Positions 58,290-64,000 of a DNA stretch of 64,000 nucleotides are shown one piece after another; the stretch's first letter is position 1, and the number at the start of each line of letters is the position of its first letter. The stretch is from the NCBI GenBank assembly GCA_051003195.1, contig JBPCLP010000047.1, forward strand, positions 1-64,000, written 5' to 3'. Made by a program: the position numbers and the translations under genes. Origin of the DNA: Candidatus Sumerlaeaceae bacterium. Its GTDB lineage: Bacteria > Sumerlaeota > Sumerlaeia > Sumerlaeales > Sumerlaeaceae. The notes beneath the pieces were generated by a model. That model saw nothing but the letters and a program-made list of their open reading frames with translations. It searched no databases and was not told the DNA's origin.

Positions 58290-58391
58290 CGAGCTAAATA
58301 GTAACGCTAATCTGCCGGATGTTGATTTGCTCTTTACAGAAGATCGCAGTACGATAGATCTAAATGATTAAATCTCTTTAGAGGCCCCATC

Positions 58392-59201
58392 ATGGCGGAA
58401 GTCCACCTCCTGACGATCGATGCCGTCCCACCGGCCTTGCATGGCTTATACGGAGACTACAGCATTCGTCCGACCACAAGTGCTGAACGACTTGCAATAG
58501 AAGACGATTTCTTCGAACGCGGGTTGAAGATTTCAGTGCCACGAGGAACAACTTCTATTGTTGTTCCAAAGGTACAGGGAATTAAGGACACAGCTGATTA
58601 TCTTGAATGTATTGAATTTGCGCTAGCGCTGCTTTGTGATGATGGCTTTGCCACGGTTAGTTACAGCAGCTCTTCAGCAGATGCGAAATTTTCCTCAAGT
58701 GCGGAATATCGGCAGTTAACGGGCGAACCGCAATTTGCAGATGCACTGCAGGGAAATGATGTCTCTCATTGGATGGCCGCTTGTATGCAAGCGACCGCAC
58801 GGGAACTTAAGCACGCGCGTATAATTCACAACCGGTATTTGCGCTATATTCGAGCGAGTGACGCGGGCGACGCACTTCTGGACTTGTCCATTTGCCTGGA
58901 GGCTCTGGTGGGTTCGCAAACAGAAATAGCATTTAAGTTCAGCATGCTGCTTACCAAGTGTTTGGGATATAAGGACGATTTAGCGCTCGAAACACAGCGG
59001 CTCTTAAAGCGTCTTTATACAGTTCGCTGCAAGATTGCTCACGGCGATCCAGACGCTGAGAAAGAGTTTAATAAGATTTCTCCAGACTTGCCGGGCATTC
59101 GAAAGCTCTCACGGAAAATTCTAGTAACGTATGTCACGTTTATTGCCGAAAAGACGAGAAGTCAATGGGCCACTCATTTGGAGGAAGTTGCCATAAGATG
59201 A
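58392..59201 (+). CDS. HEPN (ApeA/MAE_28990-like) domain protein
   Basis: LLDLSICLEAL..EIAFKF..LKRLYTVRCKIAHG (RxxxxH). Confidence 0.8.
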   Translation: MAEVHLLTIDAVPPALHGLYGDYSIRPTTSAERLAIEDDFFERGLKISVPRGTTSIVVPKVQGIKDTADYLECIEFALALLCDDGFATVSYSSSSADAKFSSSAEYRQLTGEPQFADALQGNDVSHWMAACMQATARELKHARIIHNRYLRYIRASDAGDALLDLSICLEALVGSQTEIAFKFSMLLTKCLGYKDDLALETQRLLKRLYTVRCKIAHGDPDAEKEFNKISPDLPGIRKLSRKILVTYVTFIAEKTRSQWATHLEEVAIR

Positions 59202-60319
59202 CCAAGAAAGCCACCACCAAGCTGCCCGAATTTACTGTGCTCGTTGGGACATGCCTTGGATTTACCGCGTATCGTGGATATGCACCACTATGTGACTTGG
59301 CGCGGGTTTCAAGGGCAGATATCTTCGATCAGGAGAAGAATCAAACGGGAACCCAACGTAACTTGAGCAAAGACCATGCAATAGATGCGTATAATTACGT
59401 CTCGGGACAGCCGGACGCGTTCTTTCCGGAAATAATTCTAAACATTCGCAACAAGGCCTATGTGAAGCTTGCTCTGCGTCCGGAAGGCGCCAGCAAAGTT
59501 GGGCGTCTTAGCTTCACGAAAAATCCAGAATTGGCAAAGCAGGTGGTCGTGTCACGCTTGGACGGTAATCATAGGCTGTGGTACGCAGACGGTCATGAGA
59601 AAAGTCGCGAGCCAATTACCCGTCCTGTCTCATTCTGTTTCCTCATGCTCGCGAACATTAACGAAGAGCTGGAGGTTTTTCAGGCTATAAACGATAACCA
59701 AAAAGGCATGAACACGAGCCATCTGCAAAACATTAAGGTTCGCTTGGAGGGCGTCGAAAAAATCAAAGCCGAAGATCCTGCCCTTTACATTGCGCAAAAA
59801 CTGCAAGACGACGCTACGAGCCCATTGGCGGGACGTGTGCACCAAGGAGGTGCGATAAAGAAGGGAGCAACCCTCACCGGACTGAATACAGCAAACCTTA
59901 AAGGCGCGGTTCACGATCTACTGACGCGGTCAGCTACAATAACTAATCTCTCGAACGTCGATGCTCAGTACGAAGTTGTAAAGAATTATTGGATAGCGCT
60001 GCAAAATTTTCTGCCTAAAGCTTGGAAGAAGCCTGGAGACTATAGCATCTTTCGCGGAGTTGGCTTATACATGGTAACGTATCTTGGGCGGGAGATCATT
60101 GATCGCTGTATCACCAAGGGAAAATATGAACCCAAGGATATGCTCGGATACCTAAAGGCCCTCCCGCCTCATAGTGCGTTTTTGTCCAGCGGTATCGGGC
60201 AGTATGCAGGCCGCAAAGGGGGAAAGGCATTGGCTGCGGAATTAATCCGTCATCTTGCAAAAGATGGTGAGATAAGCTATGAAACTCTGCAGATGAAAAT
60301 CTTAGGCACAGGGAAGTAA
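59198..60319 (+). CDS. DGQHR-domain (DndB/ParB-Srx-like) protein
   Basis: GTQRNL, FFPEIILN, LDGNHR, FQAINDNQK; ATG 59198 overlaps HEPN stop (ATGA), GGAGG upstream. Confidence 0.75.
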   Translation: MTKKATTKLPEFTVLVGTCLGFTAYRGYAPLCDLARVSRADIFDQEKNQTGTQRNLSKDHAIDAYNYVSGQPDAFFPEIILNIRNKAYVKLALRPEGASKVGRLSFTKNPELAKQVVVSRLDGNHRLWYADGHEKSREPITRPVSFCFLMLANINEELEVFQAINDNQKGMNTSHLQNIKVRLEGVEKIKAEDPALYIAQKLQDDATSPLAGRVHQGGAIKKGATLTGLNTANLKGAVHDLLTRSATITNLSNVDAQYEVVKNYWIALQNFLPKAWKKPGDYSIFRGVGLYMVTYLGREIIDRCITKGKYEPKDMLGYLKALPPHSAFLSSGIGQYAGRKGGKALAAELIRHLAKDGEISYETLQMKILGTGK

Positions 60320-60390
60320 CATGCTCGCGGATGCGGGGTAAACGGGAGTCCTGCGGGAGTTCTGGGGTCAGCCCGCAACATTCTTACGAT

Positions 60391-60590
60391 ATCGGGGCGT
60401 AACCCTTTGCGGCCGAGATCGGGCAGGTGAGTTTCCGACACGAATGTCCAATTGCGAATGTTTGCTGTGTCGACGAGCAGGCTTTCAAAAGCCCGGCGCA
60501 AACCGCCTTCATTTCGAACTGAATGGATCCGCAACTCCTGCAAGGTTTGATGATAGCGTTTTATCGCCGGGTGAGCAGCGTGGATGGGCT
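60391..60590 (-). pseudogene. Truncated N-terminus of a type ISP/IIG-like restriction-modification enzyme
   Basis: AIKRYHQTLQEL..NEGGLRRAFESLL..NWTFVSE..LRPD resembles the PD-(D/E)xK N-terminus of large RM fusions, then similarity is lost. Confidence 0.55.
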
Positions 60591-60826
60591 GCGGCTGTTT
60601 GCCAGCGGGTACTGCATCTGGTGGTGTGGGGATGTTACGGGGCATTAGCGGAGTGGGTGCAACATGCGGCGGTATCAAGCGCGTAATGGAGGTAGCTGAG
60701 CGAGGTTGCTAGCTCGCAAGATAATGCAACAGTTCAAAGCTCTGCCATTGCATTCATTTTGACATTTCCTCCTGGCTGAGATAAATGGCACGGCGTTTCC
60801 ATCAATGCGTTTCAGGAGAATCTGTT

Positions 60827-61384
60827 ATGAACAAGGTTCTGACACCACTTTGGTTGTCGCTGTTCCTGAGTCTAATCCTGAGCGGTTGTAATGACGGTGA
60901 CGTTACGCCATTCCTAGGAAAGTGGAAAGCCGAAAATGTAGAGGCGGACATTCGCAAAGAGGAGAAGCAGATCATTGTAAAAGTAAAGAACCAGGGCGGG
61001 ATGCTGGGTGGTACCTTCTCGGCAAAGATGAAAGGAGATCAACTGAGAGTCCAAAGTCCGTTAATTGGCGAAGTGGCCCATGTAAAGAAGACGGATAGCC
61101 TGCTATTAGGCGGAGCTGAACTTATACGTTATGACCCTAATAACGATCCGTTCGAGACGTGCCAAGAGAAGTTGGCCAAGATCGACTACGCAAAGGAAGC
61201 CTATGGGCTTGATTTCAACCTGTCTACCGGCGCGACTATTACGATGACCAACCTGCTGCAGCCTACTCGTGTTGGATACCTGAAAGTAGAACCAACGTGC
61301 CCTTCAGGTGGCCAGTATTCTGTGAACGTGTTGGGGGATGATCCAACCTGCACCAACGCTCATTTGGGACACGTGCTCGAATAG
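60827..61384 (+). CDS. Lipoprotein with C-terminal pilin-like domain
   Basis: AGGAGA RBS; lipobox LSGC; TCQEKLAKIDYAKE..GYLKVEPTCPSGGQYSVN..PTC. Confidence 0.7.
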   Translation: MNKVLTPLWLSLFLSLILSGCNDGDVTPFLGKWKAENVEADIRKEEKQIIVKVKNQGGMLGGTFSAKMKGDQLRVQSPLIGEVAHVKKTDSLLLGGAELIRYDPNNDPFETCQEKLAKIDYAKEAYGLDFNLSTGATITMTNLLQPTRVGYLKVEPTCPSGGQYSVNVLGDDPTCTNAHLGHVLE

Positions 61385-61660
61385 AATTCCTCGTAGAGGG
61401 GACTTAATACTCCCGAAAACCCTATCTATCCTAAAGAAACCATGGAAGATTTGGGCTCAGCTGCCCATCAGTTTCTTTTCATGGCCGCGGCTGCCACCGG
61501 CACGCGCCGACTGTTCCCCATGTCCTTGGACGATCTGTAACCTATGTCTCCGGTTCGTACATCGTTGCCCGCGCCATGTCGATTAAGGGTCCGTAAGGGT
61601 CTCTAAGGGTCCGTGCGGGAATTACAATTCCCAAAAGCCTGTGCTACACAGGTCGTCATA

Positions 61661-62749
61661 ATGATAAAACAAACGCAATTCCCCGACCCCGAGACCAGCG
61701 CGAGCGACGCCGCACTCGTCCCAGACGACTCCGATTTCCGTTCCGCACTCCGCGCCGAGTCCGAACTTTCCGACGATCCCCTCGCCGCAAACGAATCCGA
61801 TTCCGGTTTGGACTCCGAAATCGGCAATCCGCAATCCGCACTCGAAAATCTGCCCGAGGATTTGCCCGGTTTTCCCGTCTGCGTACTCGAACCTCCGCTA
61901 CCCCGTCCCAAGCCCAGGCCCCGCCCCGGCGAGGACCCCAGCCTTTTCACCGACACACGTCCCACCCGGCCCGACGACACCCCCTTTGCACCGCCCGCCA
62001 TCCGCGATACCTACGACCTGCCCAACCTCTACACCAGCGAGGAGTACTACGCCCTCGTCGGGCAGCACCACACCGAGAACGACAGCAGCGACCACGGTCG
62101 CCCCAACTCCTCACCCGACATCGCGAGCACCTACGACCAGATCTGCCCCGACATCGACACGCCAGAGTACAACGCCCGCCCCGATCAACTGCGCCAGGCC
62201 TTCCAGCGCAACCTCCACGACATGCCGCAGGTACCCCTCCTGCGCACCCTCGAAGAATTTGAACAACAGGCCATCACCATCTGCCGCTTCTTCCAGGCCT
62301 ATCCCGAACTCGCCCTGCTCATGGGCGACGTCCGCGCCTTTTGCTGTCCCGGCCAGCCCGACTACCTCCAGACCTACCTCCAGCCCCACGAGCGCGCCGG
62401 TAACTTCATCACGCCCGACCCCATGGAAGAAGACCCCGCATCCATTAACCTCTACCTACAGCGCGCCCGCAAAAAAACCGCCATCAACATGAACCGCCTG
62501 CTCGACCGCGAACTCGCCGGACGCGAAGCCGATCCCGACCGCGTTCGAAATCTCGTCGCGTTCGCCGCCATCGGCAAATACGTCAAACAAAGCAACCCGC
62601 TCACCGGCAACGGTCCCGGCCGGCCCCTCGAACCACATGGAAAAACTATCCAGCGACTCCATACCTCCCCCTCCAACTGGGGTGGACCCCGCGTCGGCTC
62701 CGGGCCCAGGCGGAAATCCACCGACGAAGACGAGCTCGAACAGGAGTAA
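61661..62749 (+). CDS. Hypothetical protein with acidic/Pro-rich N-terminus containing heptamer repeats and a GGxRxGxG-like C-terminal motif
   Basis: Strong C-ending codon bias; WGGPRVGSGPRRK. Confidence 0.6.
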   Translation: MIKQTQFPDPETSASDAALVPDDSDFRSALRAESELSDDPLAANESDSGLDSEIGNPQSALENLPEDLPGFPVCVLEPPLPRPKPRPRPGEDPSLFTDTRPTRPDDTPFAPPAIRDTYDLPNLYTSEEYYALVGQHHTENDSSDHGRPNSSPDIASTYDQICPDIDTPEYNARPDQLRQAFQRNLHDMPQVPLLRTLEEFEQQAITICRFFQAYPELALLMGDVRAFCCPGQPDYLQTYLQPHERAGNFITPDPMEEDPASINLYLQRARKKTAINMNRLLDRELAGREADPDRVRNLVAFAAIGKYVKQSNPLTGNGPGRPLEPHGKTIQRLHTSPSNWGGPRVGSGPRRKSTDEDELEQE

Positions 62750-62769
62750 AACCTTACAGAAACATTACC

Positions 62770-62808
62770 GCTATTCAAGTGGCGAAATTACCAACTTGAA
62801 CTTGAATA
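62770..62808. repeat. Palindromic element, copy 2
   Basis: GCTATTCAAGTGGCGAAATT identical to 38880-38899; TATTCAAGT...ACTTGAATA. Confidence 0.7.
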
Positions 62809-62826
62809 CAGGAACGAGACATTTTG

Positions 62827-64000
62827 ATGACGCTGACAATGGAACCTGCCATCCATGCCGCCGACGATTCCGCCAGCAACCGTAGATTCCCTGGTTGCCC
62901 GGCAGGTTGCCTCACGATTATCGTGATCGGCATGCTTGTACTGGCCATTGTTGTCCTGGCCGGGCCGCGCCTCGCATCCAGATTCTATTTCCGGCGGCAC
63001 CTGAGCCCTGCGGAATCGGCGAAGTACGACGAACGTATTTATAAGCAGCTGACTATTCCCGCTGCATGGCTCACGCCGGCTTCGGTTCCTGCGCACGTGC
63101 GGAGGGGGATGGAAAATCTGCAGACTTCGACGACAGCTTACATGGGTGTGACGACCTCATCGCACCACCTGTTCGATCCCGCACTTCGCGACGCGTTTGT
63201 TGCATTGCAGCATGGCGATGCCATATCGGACGAGGCGTGGTCGACGATCACGAAAGTGGTGGCAGGTTCGAGCGCCCTGGTTCAGGTTACCTCGCAGACA
63301 ATCCGATTGCCGGGTTATGATTTGAGCACGGGCGACGAAGCTTACCTTGGGGCGGCAGTTGGTGTAGCGCATCATCGTCTGGGCAGCCTTGCCTGCCTTG
63401 CTGCTCATCTAACGGCACGCGAGGGCAAGTATGGCGAAGCACTCGACCTGGCAATACTCCCAATGCGCGAAGCGCAGGGACATCCCCCGCGAGACTTGAT
63501 GACCGGGCTATCTGGCTGGCATCTTATCCGGCTGGGCAGCGACTGCATTGCCGACATTGCAACCTCTACGACCGACCGTGCAGCGCTTCGGAGGACACTC
63601 GACGAACTGATCGCGCTCCGTTCCAATGTGGTCGCCGTGACTGGTCTGCCCATTCCTGTACTGCACGCGATCAGTCGAATGCGCTGGATCGCCGCGGATG
63701 GATATCCGGTTTCGATCATCCAGGGGAAATCGGCAGTTCGGTACTTTTCGCAGTATTTGAGCGCAACGGTTGGCTATGCGAACTACAAGATTCCTAAATT
63801 GCCTATCGGATCATCGGAGCGCAACAGTCTGGAGCGTACGCTTCGAAATCTCGATACCCGTCGGGAGTTGCACGTTTCTCTCAATACGGCACTCGCCATC
63901 TGCGAAATGGCGGCCCCCGACCAACTCGTATTTAAACTAATCGATATGGAGTCTCAGGCGCCCCAGGAAGAAGAAATTGTGGCAGCCGAGCGGTACGATC
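62827..64000 (+). CDS. N-terminally membrane-anchored hypothetical protein, runs off the window (absent from ORF track)
   Basis: Read by hand in frame 1: stop-free from ATG 62827/62839 to 64000; TM GCLTIIVIGMLVLAIVVLAG. Confidence 0.7.
   Translation, partial: MTLTMEPAIHAADDSASNRRFPGCPAGCLTIIVIGMLVLAIVVLAGPRLASRFYFRRHLSPAESAKYDERIYKQLTIPAAWLTPASVPAHVRRGMENLQTSTTAYMGVTTSSHHLFDPALRDAFVALQHGDAISDEAWSTITKVVAGSSALVQVTSQTIRLPGYDLSTGDEAYLGAAVGVAHHRLGSLACLAAHLTAREGKYGEALDLAILPMREAQGHPPRDLMTGLSGWHLIRLGSDCIADIATSTTDRAALRRTLDELIALRSNVVAVTGLPIPVLHAISRMRWIAADGYPVSIIQGKSAVRYFSQYLSATVGYANYKIPKLPIGSSERNSLERTLRNLDTRRELHVSLNTALAICEMAAPDQLVFKLIDMESQAPQEEEIVAAERYD

Noticed and set aside
59198..60319. dnd phosphorothioation cluster
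   Set aside because: Only a DGQHR-like gene; no dndA/C/D/E

Overview
GC-rich bacterial chromosomal window, probably from a PVC-like or Sumerlaeota-like lineage (inferred from recalled C-terminal VxEWxLY motif, pilin-like C-terminal domain and ATCCGCA heptamer repeats; not verified). Left to right: (1) housekeeping and envelope genes (thioredoxin-like, hemolysin III, EamA, GT-C, GT2, FAD oxidoreductase), an HprK-related kinase with a RiPP-like 39-aa peptide gene, SRAP and a double esterase. (2) A large uncharacterised locus at about 11.2-38.6 kb: a dynamin-like protein with a degenerate GTPase site, translationally coupled to a lid-less Hsp70; DUF1232; five very acidic all-helical ~300-aa proteins; a GluR0-like channel with an altered filter; two FN3 membrane receptors (one a Ser/Thr kinase) with HPD-less J-like domains; paralogous lipoproteins; two secreted CARDB-ending proteins; and a small gene region built from three copies of the pseudo-dynamin's membrane hairpin. 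(3) Core genes: rpsP-khpA-rimM, metG, HD-GYP regulator, ilvA, an orphan coxB, PilB/GspE, two EEP hydrolases and NADAR. (4) A defence hotspot at about 54.9-61.7 kb: BrnT remnant plus antitoxin, metallopeptidase, BglII-like REase plus MT-A70 MTase, coupled HEPN plus DGQHR-like genes and a truncated type ISP-like RM gene, mostly bracketed by a 36-bp imperfect direct repeat. No rRNA, tRNA, CRISPR array or intact transposase was seen. All family calls come from motif recognition, not database searches.
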